From Escherichia coli (GTDB lineage: Bacteria > Pseudomonadota > Gammaproteobacteria > Enterobacterales > Enterobacteriaceae): a stretch of 64,000 bases of DNA. Positions 10,464 to 18,965 of the stretch are shown one piece after another. Location: the NCBI RefSeq assembly GCF_001677475.2, contig NZ_CP015229.1; one strand, given 5' to 3'. Under the pieces are notes generated by a model that was not told where the DNA came from, ran no database searches, and saw only the letters and a list, made by a program, of their open reading frames with translations. Numbering within the stretch: position 1 is the stretch's first letter; each line of letters opens with the position of its first letter. The position numbers were made by a program, and so were the translations under genes.

Positions 10464-11324
10464 TTATTGGCAATCTGCGTGAATGGTTGTCACCAGTGCC
10501 TCCAGTACCGCTTTCCAGTCATCTACCACGCCAACATCTGCCTGTGAAAATACCGCTGCGCTGGCGTCATGATTAATCGCCACCACAAACTTGCTATTGC
10601 GTACGCCCGCCATTAACGCTGCTGCGCCGGAAGCGCCAACAACAATGCACACCTCAGGCGCCAGCAGATGTCCGGAAATACCAATCACTTTTTCAGCATC
10701 AACGCCACCGTTCATCACTCGCGCCCGACTGTAGCCCACTTCGGCTCCCAGCTTTTCTGCCAGCATAGCAATTTCCTGGTTATCTGCCTCTCCGCCCTGC
10801 CCCACCACCAGCACCTGTCTGGCCTCAGCTAATGGGTCGCGGGTAACATTTTTCAGGTTTTCTATGCTAACCAGCCAGTCGGGAAGCGCACCTGGGACAA
10901 TGTTCAGTTGCTGCATACCAGAGGGCAACGTGGCGTTTTTATCTGCTCCCGCCTGACGTGCCAGCGAAAGGCATAGCGGGCGTTTTTCTGTTTGCAGCGT
11001 CGCCGTTAGCGCATTTCCCCAGTGGGATTTGCGCACGCTTACGGTTGGAATATCTAACGAAGTCACCTGGCAGATGCTTGCACCATGTAAACGCCAGGCC
11101 AGCCGGGTCGACAGTTCATCGCCAAATGTTCCCGGCGGAAAGAGAACAACGTCCGCAGGCGTTCGCTGCCACTGTTCCACCAGCGCATCCAGCACCTGTT
11201 CCGCCACTACGGGCTGTGGTTCAATCTGCCAGTGCGCCAGCGTACAACCGCTGAAATCCTGCGCCGCCAGCCAGCTCGCTATTGCGGCATTCTCCTGATT
11301 TATTGTCACAATTGCGATATTCAT
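10464..11324 (-). CDS. ygcQ: electron transfer flavoprotein alpha-subunit-like (FixB-like)
   Basis: 286-aa frame from MNIAIVTINQ...; its ATG overlaps the ygcR stop (ATGA), suggesting translational coupling. Confidence 0.85.
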   Translation of the reverse strand: MNIAIVTINQENAAIASWLAAQDFSGCTLAHWQIEPQPVVAEQVLDALVEQWQRTPADVVLFPPGTFGDELSTRLAWRLHGASICQVTSLDIPTVSVRKSHWGNALTATLQTEKRPLCLSLARQAGADKNATLPSGMQQLNIVPGALPDWLVSIENLKNVTRDPLAEARQVLVVGQGGEADNQEIAMLAEKLGAEVGYSRARVMNGGVDAEKVIGISGHLLAPEVCIVVGASGAAALMAGVRNSKFVVAINHDASAAVFSQADVGVVDDWKAVLEALVTTIHADCQ

Positions 11325-12100
11325 GGCTGCATCCTTTGGCGTAAATAGTCCTGCCATAGCTTTTGCGCTTTTTCTGCTACCGTTTGCCCATCAATCAGCG
11401 TCGCTCCGCGTCGTTGCTCTGCTCTTGCCAGTTGCAGACACTGCATCGCTGGCATTTCGGCAGCAACAGTTTTACGGATAATTTCTGCTTTCCCCGCCGC
11501 CATTCGCTGACGCATTCCCGGTACTGGCAAGGCCACTTCACCGCACTGACGCACGGCAATCACCGCAGGCAAGCGAACCCGGCAACAGCGCAGCCCGTTT
11601 TCAGTACGCTGTTCGAGGGTGATAAACGGCGCGTCGAGAGTAAAACGCTCCACCTGGGTGAAGCAGGGCCAGCCCAGCATTTCCGCCAGCAAAAATGGCG
11701 TTTGCCCATTCTGCCCTTCGCTGCTTTGGCAGCCGGTAATTATCAGATCCAGCGGATTCTGACGCTGCCATTCGGCAATATGGCGAGCGACAAATTCCGG
11801 CGCAAAGCGCAGATCTGCCGCCGTCTCCAGCAATACAGCTTCCTCAAACCCAAGCGCCATGAGATAGCGCAGCCAGTGCAACGCCCGTTCATTCCCCATG
11901 CTCAACGCGGTTAAAGACATCGACGTACCGTTTTTTCTCTGCGCCAACAGCAGCGCGGCGGCAGCCTGTTCATCAGCACCGAGTAAACTTCGCAGAAACG
12001 AAACATCCGGTCCGCTATTACCCTGAGCCGCCGCCTGCCACTCTTTTTCCGCCAGCATTCCGGCATCCGGTTCGGCTTTAAACGCTAACAGAATGTTCAT
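11321..12100 (-). CDS. ygcR: electron transfer flavoprotein beta-subunit-like (FixA-like)
   Basis: 259-aa ORF with ETF-beta-like sequence. Confidence 0.88.
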   Translation of the reverse strand: MNILLAFKAEPDAGMLAEKEWQAAAQGNSGPDVSFLRSLLGADEQAAAALLLAQRKNGTSMSLTALSMGNERALHWLRYLMALGFEEAVLLETAADLRFAPEFVARHIAEWQRQNPLDLIITGCQSSEGQNGQTPFLLAEMLGWPCFTQVERFTLDAPFITLEQRTENGLRCCRVRLPAVIAVRQCGEVALPVPGMRQRMAAGKAEIIRKTVAAEMPAMQCLQLARAEQRRGATLIDGQTVAEKAQKLWQDYLRQRMQP

Positions 12101-13415
12101 TCGTACCTCCTACATTTCCCGCCGCCACCAGCGGGAGTGCTTTGGTTTCTGGTGCCCATAGCCAGGTCACGACAAAACCAACCAACAACACTGCCGCCAG
12201 GAGCAATAAGGTGACTTGCATTCCCCACTGCGCCAGCACCCACGGCAGCAGGCCAGTACTTACCGCCGCGCCCAACCGACTCATGGCGGTGGCAAAACCG
12301 ACGCCCAGCGAGCGAATGTCAGTAGGAAAACTTTCCGCAGGCAAAATGCCCACCAGATTACTGACTGCCGAAATGGTGGTGCTGAAGAGAACAAAAAGCA
12401 GCAGCGTTAATGAACTGCCGGAAGGCAAACAGGCCATCACGACCAGCGTTGCCGCCAGCAGCAAAAAACTTCCCAGCAAAAATTTGCGATGTGCCAGCAG
12501 GTGCGTCAGAACTAATCCCAGCAGCGCACCCACAATTAACAACGCATTAAGCATCAGGCTAGCGGTCAACGCATCTTCCAGACCAATAGTCTGGGCGATA
12601 GTTGGCAGCCAGGTATAAATCACAAACCATGGGATTACGAGGCAGACAAAGAAGACACTGTTAAACGCCGTGCGCCGCCAGTAGCGCGAAGAGAACAAGG
12701 TTTTGATGTGTTTATGGGTCGCCGTTGCCACTTCATCGCCCAGTAAAACATGGGGACCAAAATAGCGATGCACGATAGCGTGAGCTTCAGCAAAACGCCC
12801 CTGTCGCAGTAGCCAGCGTGGCGATTCTGGCGTTCCCCAGCGTAATAACGTAATCAATAACGCGGGCAGAGCTGCCGATGCCAGCAGCCAGCGCCAGGCC
12901 TCCGGGCTTTCGCTAATAAAGTGATGTCCGGCAATACTTGCCAGCACATAGCCTACGGTCCACACCACGCTGAACGCGCCCAGCAAAATACCGCGGTGGC
13001 GGCGCGGGGAAAATTCAGCCAGCAAGGTGTGACCGACTGAGTAATCGCCTCCCAGACCAATGCCAATCAAAATGCGCAGTCCAATAAGATGCTCTGGCGT
13101 GGTGGCAAAAAATTGTAAAAACGAAGCAAGCGTAATCAGCAAAAAGCTGAAGGTGAAGATTTTTTGTCGCCCAATATGGTCGGAGATCCAGCCCAGAACC
13201 AGGCTGCCAAGAAACAAACCAAGGAGTGCTGAGCCGCCAATCATTCCCGCCATAAACGGCGTCAGTTGCATGGCGGGCGTAAGCTGAATAATGGCGTAAC
13301 CAATGACGCCGAGGACATAACCGTCGGTCAGGTGTGCGCCGAAAGTGAGCGCAGCAATGCGGCAGTGAAAACGGTTAAGTGGTAAATCATCCATTCGCAC
13401 CGGTGAAGTGTTCAT
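12078..13415 (-). CDS. ygcS: MFS transporter (sugar-porter-like)
   Basis: 445-aa frame from MNTSPVRMDDLPL...; multiple hydrophobic helices; AAGGGG Shine-Dalgarno 6 nt upstream; 3' end overlaps ygcR by 23 nt. Confidence 0.85.
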   Translation of the reverse strand: MNTSPVRMDDLPLNRFHCRIAALTFGAHLTDGYVLGVIGYAIIQLTPAMQLTPFMAGMIGGSALLGLFLGSLVLGWISDHIGRQKIFTFSFLLITLASFLQFFATTPEHLIGLRILIGIGLGGDYSVGHTLLAEFSPRRHRGILLGAFSVVWTVGYVLASIAGHHFISESPEAWRWLLASAALPALLITLLRWGTPESPRWLLRQGRFAEAHAIVHRYFGPHVLLGDEVATATHKHIKTLFSSRYWRRTAFNSVFFVCLVIPWFVIYTWLPTIAQTIGLEDALTASLMLNALLIVGALLGLVLTHLLAHRKFLLGSFLLLAATLVVMACLPSGSSLTLLLFVLFSTTISAVSNLVGILPAESFPTDIRSLGVGFATAMSRLGAAVSTGLLPWVLAQWGMQVTLLLLAAVLLVGFVVTWLWAPETKALPLVAAGNVGGTNEHSVSV

Positions 13416-13508
13416 CTTTACCCCTTCATTGTCCGGTAATAAGAACGGCTTCTCGCCTGAGAAGCCGAAAAGGCAACGCTCCGTCATCGCGGAACGCTGC
13501 CTGACACA

Positions 13509-14963
13509 TTATTTTTCAATCGGATAGATAGTACCCGTATTCATAATGCCGTTAGGATCGAACTGCTTTTTCAGCCCTTCCAGCAACGCCCACGCGCTGC
13601 CGTGTTCCAGTTTGCTCCAGTGAACGCGATGTTTACCGATACCGTGGTGGTGCACCATCGAACCACCGAGGCGAATGGTTTCTTCGCAGATGATTTTGTT
13701 GAGCGGATTGTGGTACTTGTCGATTTCCTCTTCCGGCTTACAGTCAACGACGTTGTAGTCGTAGACGAAGTACATGTTGGTGCCGTTCTGGTAGCTATGA
13801 GAGGAGTGACCGCCCAGCATGGTGATGTCGTCGGCGTGCGGGAACTCGGTACGAATACGGTTAATAACGCTTTCGTAGATTTCGTGAATGCAGCTCCAGC
13901 AGCCGGACACTTCGGTGGTAAAGCCCATGTTGCCGGTTTTGAGGATCTGCACACGTTCAGCGGCCACTTTATCCGGCCCCCAGTTCAGGTGATTAAACCA
14001 GGTTTCGATCAGCTTGCTGTCCACTCGCTGGCATTGCGGGTAACGTGCCACGATTTCCGCAATCCCTTCGCCTGTCGCCTTCGCAATGCGAGGGTTACCT
14101 TCAGCCATAAAGATCAGCACACATTTACCATCGGCAAAATGGGTGAAGTGTTGGGTGCCATCTTCAGCGTCATACAAACGAGCGATCGACGGACGATACC
14201 CTTCCACCATGATTTCACGCAGGATGTTGAAGCCGGTTTTCATGTCTTCCAGGATATAGCCGTAGAAGAGGTTGTTTTCCGGGGTGAACTTAAAGATTTT
14301 CACAGTTACTTCAGTGATATAGCACAATGCACCTTCGTTGCCGATGATGATGTGACGAATGTCCGGGCCTGCCGCGCGGCGTGGTACGTTTTTAATGCGT
14401 GTTACGGTGCCATCAGCCAATACTGCTTCCAGACCAACGACCATATCTTCGATTGCGCCGTAGAGTGTGGAGAACTGCCCGATACTGCGGGTTGCTACCA
14501 GGCCGCCCATCTGCGCCAGCGGCTTTGACTGCGGAGAATGCCCCGTGGTGTAACCTTTTTCACGCAACGCGTTTTCCAGCACTTCCAGCGGAACACCGCA
14601 TTGCGCCGTGGCCTGCATATTCTCAATATCAATATTAATGATTTGATTCATGGCAGAGCCGTCGAGCACCACCGAGTTTTCCACAACGGTTTCCAGCCCA
14701 CCTTCGGTGGCGGAAGCACCGGTACGTGGCACACCGTTAATTTTGTGCGCATTCATAAAATTCAGCACACGGGATACTTGTTCTGTGGAACCGAGTTTTA
14801 CGACCGCTGCCGGAATCGGCAAAGTATAAATGCCATGAATATCCGGAAATTTACGAAAACGGTCAATACTGTTCTTCTTTAATACTGTTTCATCGGTAAT
14901 TATGCGATCTGCACCAACAATTTCCTTTAGCTGGTCGACAATCGCTGCGCGAGATAAAGACAT
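13509..14963 (-). CDS. ygcU: FAD-linked oxidase / dehydrogenase (alkyl-DHAP-synthase-like family)
   Basis: 484-aa ORF MSLSRAAIVDQLKEIVGADRI...; FAD-binding PCMH-type fold. Confidence 0.88.
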   Translation of the reverse strand: MSLSRAAIVDQLKEIVGADRIITDETVLKKNSIDRFRKFPDIHGIYTLPIPAAVVKLGSTEQVSRVLNFMNAHKINGVPRTGASATEGGLETVVENSVVLDGSAMNQIINIDIENMQATAQCGVPLEVLENALREKGYTTGHSPQSKPLAQMGGLVATRSIGQFSTLYGAIEDMVVGLEAVLADGTVTRIKNVPRRAAGPDIRHIIIGNEGALCYITEVTVKIFKFTPENNLFYGYILEDMKTGFNILREIMVEGYRPSIARLYDAEDGTQHFTHFADGKCVLIFMAEGNPRIAKATGEGIAEIVARYPQCQRVDSKLIETWFNHLNWGPDKVAAERVQILKTGNMGFTTEVSGCWSCIHEIYESVINRIRTEFPHADDITMLGGHSSHSYQNGTNMYFVYDYNVVDCKPEEEIDKYHNPLNKIICEETIRLGGSMVHHHGIGKHRVHWSKLEHGSAWALLEGLKKQFDPNGIMNTGTIYPIEK

Positions 14964-15032
14964 AGTAATTCCTTCCTGATAATAAAAATGGAATAATCAT
15001 TAATAAGAGAAAACAGAAACCACCGTTATGGA

Positions 15033-15818
15033 TTAGCGCACTAAATAACCACCATCGACCACTAATAAATGCCCGTTAACATAATTTGAAGCCGGACTTG
15101 CGAGGAATACGGCTGCGCCCATTAAATCCTGAGTATCGCCCCAACGGTTTGCTGGAATATGATCAAGAACGCGCTGATTGGTTTCTGGATTACTGCGTGT
15201 CGCCAGCGTAATATCTGTTGCATAATAGCCAGGGGCAATACCATTTACCTGAATATTATATTGACCTAGTTCATCACAATAAGCTTTGGTGAATCCGGCA
15301 AGAGCATGTTTAGTGGCAGAATATGCAGGTGACCATTGTCCACCTAAGTAAGAGAATAATGAACAGATATTAATGATTTTACCGCTTTTCTGCGGGATCA
15401 TAATTTTTGCAGCTTCATAGCTTAACTCGAATGCGGCGGTCAGGTTCACATCAATCATCGGGTCCCAGTCGGCACGACCGAAGTCCAGCACCTTATTCAG
15501 CTTACAAATACCGGCATTGTTAATCAGAATATCGACGGTACCGAAACGTTCGCAACAGGCGGCGATTATCTTCTGCGGCGCGCCTTCTGCGGTGATATCC
15601 ACCTGCATGAAGTCCACCTCAACACCCTGTTTTTCAATCATTTCCTTTGTTTCGCCGTTATCTTTAACGAAGCTTGGAATAAAGATATTTGCGCCTGCTT
15701 TGGCCAGCGCCATGGCAAATGCCTGGCCTAAACCGCTATTCCCGCCGGTAACAATTGCGGTTTTACCTTTCAGGGAGAAAAAATCCATTGAGAACGCATT
15801 GAGAGATTCGATTGACAT
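15033..15818 (-). CDS. ygcW: short-chain dehydrogenase/reductase (SDR) family oxidoreductase
   Basis: 261-aa frame MSIESLNAFSMDFFSLKGKTAIVTGGNSGLGQA (TGxxxGxG NAD(P) motif); GGAG 7 nt upstream of ATG 15816-15818. ORF-track extension to 15893 reads through the leader terminator and is rejected. Confidence 0.88.
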   Translation of the reverse strand: MSIESLNAFSMDFFSLKGKTAIVTGGNSGLGQAFAMALAKAGANIFIPSFVKDNGETKEMIEKQGVEVDFMQVDITAEGAPQKIIAACCERFGTVDILINNAGICKLNKVLDFGRADWDPMIDVNLTAAFELSYEAAKIMIPQKSGKIINICSLFSYLGGQWSPAYSATKHALAGFTKAYCDELGQYNIQVNGIAPGYYATDITLATRSNPETNQRVLDHIPANRWGDTQDLMGAAVFLASPASNYVNGHLLVVDGGYLVR

Positions 15819-15841
15819 AGTTAGCTCCAATTTCCGTAAGG

Positions 15842-15890
15842 CAAAAAAAAAGAAAGGTAACTTCCCCCGCGAGAGGGAAGTTACCTTTCT
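15842..15890 (-). terminator. Intrinsic (Rho-independent) terminator in the 5' leader of ygcW; candidate antitermination target
   Basis: Minus-strand RNA: 15-bp perfect inverted repeat (15852-15866 / 15875-15889, 8-nt spacer) followed by nine U (complement of the A-run 15843-15851), ending 24 nt upstream of the ygcW start codon. Confidence 0.7.
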
Positions 15891-16064
15891 CATTATCTCT
15901 GGTAACTGGAGATAATTTTTATCATAAGGGCATAATCGCTAATGTGATCGTAATCACAGTGTGATATTCGAATTGTCAAATAATTTTAAAAAGCAGAAGC
16001 GTGATTACTCTCACACAACACCACTGCTTTCCATGTTATTTCTTATTGCAATTACTAGAGACCT

Positions 16065-16112
16065 GAGAAAAGTAATCCACCTGAAAGGGCGGCTTACTTT
16101 TCTCTTTTTTTT
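16065..16112 (+). terminator. Intrinsic terminator in the 5' leader of yqcE; candidate antitermination target
   Basis: 11-bp perfect inverted repeat GAGAAAAGTAA (16065-16075) / TTACTTTTCTC (16094-16104) followed by eight T (16105-16112), ending 25 nt upstream of the yqcE ATG; sequence-related to the ygcW leader terminator. Confidence 0.7.
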
Positions 16113-16136
16113 GTCTATTACAAATGGGAATACGAT

Positions 16137-17414
16137 ATGCAACACAACTCATATCGCCGTTGGATAACCCTCGCGATAATTAGTTTTAGCGGCGGCGTTA
16201 GTTTCGACCTGGCTTATTTACGTTATATTTATCAAATTCCCATGGCGAAATTTATGGGATTCAGCAATACCGAGATAGGTTTAATAATGAGTACCTTTGG
16301 TATTGCGGCTATTATTCTTTATGCCCCCAGCGGCGTTATTGCCGATAAATTTTCACACCGCAAAATGATTACTTCCGCGATGATCATTACCGGATTACTG
16401 GGTCTGTTAATGGCAACATATCCACCGCTGTGGGTAATGCTCTGTATTCAGGTCGCCTTTGCGATAACGACGATTTTAATGCTGTGGTCGGTGTCGATTA
16501 AAGCCGCATCGTTGCTGGGCGATCATAGCGAGCAAGGGAAAATTATGGGCTGGATGGAAGGGCTGCGCGGCGTCGGTGTAATGTCGCTGGCGGTGTTTAC
16601 CATGTGGGTCTTTTCTCGCTTTGCACCGGATGACAGCGCCAGCCTGAAAACGGTCATTATTATCTATAGTGTGGTTTACATTCTGCTGGGCATTTTGTGT
16701 TGGTTTTTTGTTAGCGATAACAACAACCTGCGCAATACCAATAACGAAGAAAAACAGTCATTCCAGCTTAGCGACATCCTGGCCGTTTTGCGCATCAGCA
16801 CCACCTGGTATTGCAGCATGGTGATTTTTGGTGTCTTCACCATCTACGCCATTCTGAGTTACTCCACCAACTATCTGACCGAAATGTACGGCATGTCGCT
16901 GGTGGCGGCGAGCTACATGGGGATTGTGATCAACAAAATATTCCGCGCACTGTGCGGCCCACTTGGTGGCATTATCACCACCTACAGCAAAGTGAAATCC
17001 CCTACCCGCGTGATCCAAATCCTTTCCGTACTCGGCTTGCTGGCGTTAACTGCCCTGCTCGTCACGAACTCTAACCCGCAATCGGTCGCGATGGGGATTG
17101 GCCTGATTTTACTGCTGGGATTCACCTGTTACGCCTCACGCGGGCTGTACTGGGCCTGCCCTGGCGAAGCGAGAACACCGTCTTACATTATGGGCACCAC
17201 GGTAGGTATTTGTTCGGTGATTGGATTCCTGCCGGATGTCTTCGTTTACCCGATTATCGGCTACTGGCAAGACACCCTGCCCGCTGCAGAAGCCTACCGC
17301 AATATGTGGCTGATGGGCATGGCGGCGCTTGCCATGGTGATCGTCTTTACCTTTTTGCTGTTCCAAAAAATTCGTACTGCTGATAGCACCCCTGCTATGG
17401 CTAGCAGCAAGTAA
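16137..17414 (+). CDS. yqcE: MFS transporter
   Basis: 425-aa ORF with about 12 hydrophobic segments; GGGA Shine-Dalgarno upstream. Confidence 0.88.
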   Translation: MQHNSYRRWITLAIISFSGGVSFDLAYLRYIYQIPMAKFMGFSNTEIGLIMSTFGIAAIILYAPSGVIADKFSHRKMITSAMIITGLLGLLMATYPPLWVMLCIQVAFAITTILMLWSVSIKAASLLGDHSEQGKIMGWMEGLRGVGVMSLAVFTMWVFSRFAPDDSASLKTVIIIYSVVYILLGILCWFFVSDNNNLRNTNNEEKQSFQLSDILAVLRISTTWYCSMVIFGVFTIYAILSYSTNYLTEMYGMSLVAASYMGIVINKIFRALCGPLGGIITTYSKVKSPTRVIQILSVLGLLALTALLVTNSNPQSVAMGIGLILLLGFTCYASRGLYWACPGEARTPSYIMGTTVGICSVIGFLPDVFVYPIIGYWQDTLPAAEAYRNMWLMGMAALAMVIVFTFLLFQKIRTADSTPAMASSK

Positions 17415-17440
17415 GTCCAGAAAATTACAGGAGAAAAATC

Positions 17441-18919
17441 ATGTCGAAAAAATACATCATAGGGATTGATGGCGGAAGTCAGAGCACAAAAGTGGTGATG
17501 TATGATCTGGAAGGTAATGTGGTTTGCGAAGGCAAAGGCTTATTGCAGCCGATGCACACGCCAGATGCCGATACCGCAGAACATCCTGACGACGATTTAT
17601 GGGCATCATTATGTTTTGCCGGTCACGATTTGATGAGTCAGTTTGCCGGGAATAAAGAAGATATTGTCGGTATTGGTCTGGGATCCATCCGTTGCTGCCG
17701 TGCGTTATTGAAAGCCGATGGCACGCCAGCTGCGCCGTTGATTAGCTGGCAGGATGCACGCGTTACACGCCCTTACGAACATACGAATCCTGACGTGGCA
17801 TATGTCACCTCTTTTTCAGGTTATCTGACGCATCGCTTAACCGGCGAGTTTAAAGACAATATCGCCAACTATTTTGGTCAGTGGCCGGTGGATTATAAGA
17901 CCTGGGCATGGAGCGAAGATGCCGCGGTAATGGAAAAGTTTAATATCCCCCGCCAGATGCTTTTTGACGTGCAAATGCCGGGCACCGTTCTTGGGCATAT
18001 CACACCTCAAGCCGCGCTGGCGACGCATTTCCCGGCAGGACTGCCGGTTGTTTGTACCACCAGTGATAAACCGGTAGAAGCTCTGGGAGCTGGGTTACTG
18101 GATGATGAAACGGCGGTGATTTCTCTTGGCACCTACATCGCGCTGATGATGAACGGTAAAGCACTGCCGAAAGATCCAGTAGCGTACTGGCCGATTATGT
18201 CTTCTATTCCGCAAACATTGCTGTATGAAGGTTACGGTATCCGCAAAGGCATGTGGACAGTAAGCTGGCTGCGCGACATGTTAGGCGAGTCGTTAATTCA
18301 GGATGCCAAAGCACAGGATCTTTCACCGGAAGATTTGCTCAACAAAAAAGCTTCTTATGTGCCGCCTGGCTGTAATGGTCTGATGACGGTGCTGGACTGG
18401 CTGACCAATCCGTGGGAACCGTACAAACGCGGGATTATGATCGGCTTTGATTCCAGCATGGATTACGCATGGATATATCGTTCGATACTGGAAAGCGTGG
18501 CGCTGACGCTGAAGAACAATTACGACAATATGTGTAATGAAATGAATCACTTTGCAAAGCATGTGATCATTACTGGCGGCGGTTCGAACAGCGATCTGTT
18601 TATGCAGATTTTTGCCGACGTGTTCAACCTTCCGGCACGCCGTAACGCCATTAATGGTTGTGCAAGCCTGGGGGCAGCGATTAATACGGCGGTAGGTCTG
18701 GGGCTATACCCGGATTACGCAACGGCTGTCGACAAAATGGTTCGCGTGAAAGATATCTTTATGCCTGTTGAGAGCAACGCCAAACGCTACGACGCGATGA
18801 ATAAAGGCATTTTCAAAGACCTAACCAAACACACTGATGTGATCCTGAAAAAATCGTATGAAGTGATGCATGGTGAGCTGGGAAATGCGGATTCTATCCA
18901 GAGCTGGTCGAATGCGTGA
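17441..18919 (+). CDS. ygcE: FGGY-family carbohydrate kinase
   Basis: 492-aa ORF MSKKYIIGIDGGSQSTKVVMYD... (FGGY N-terminal motif). Confidence 0.9.
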   Translation: MSKKYIIGIDGGSQSTKVVMYDLEGNVVCEGKGLLQPMHTPDADTAEHPDDDLWASLCFAGHDLMSQFAGNKEDIVGIGLGSIRCCRALLKADGTPAAPLISWQDARVTRPYEHTNPDVAYVTSFSGYLTHRLTGEFKDNIANYFGQWPVDYKTWAWSEDAAVMEKFNIPRQMLFDVQMPGTVLGHITPQAALATHFPAGLPVVCTTSDKPVEALGAGLLDDETAVISLGTYIALMMNGKALPKDPVAYWPIMSSIPQTLLYEGYGIRKGMWTVSWLRDMLGESLIQDAKAQDLSPEDLLNKKASYVPPGCNGLMTVLDWLTNPWEPYKRGIMIGFDSSMDYAWIYRSILESVALTLKNNYDNMCNEMNHFAKHVIITGGGSNSDLFMQIFADVFNLPARRNAINGCASLGAAINTAVGLGLYPDYATAVDKMVRVKDIFMPVESNAKRYDAMNKGIFKDLTKHTDVILKKSYEVMHGELGNADSIQSWSNA

Positions 18920-18965
18920 ATGAGGTAGGCCGGGCGGAAAACTGCCCGGCCTGAACATACCTAAA

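Noticed and set aside
15819-15893. ORF-track N-terminal extension of ygcW (start 15893)
   Set aside because: It reads through the leader terminator hairpin and U-tract; the ATG at 15816-15818 has a proper Shine-Dalgarno sequence.
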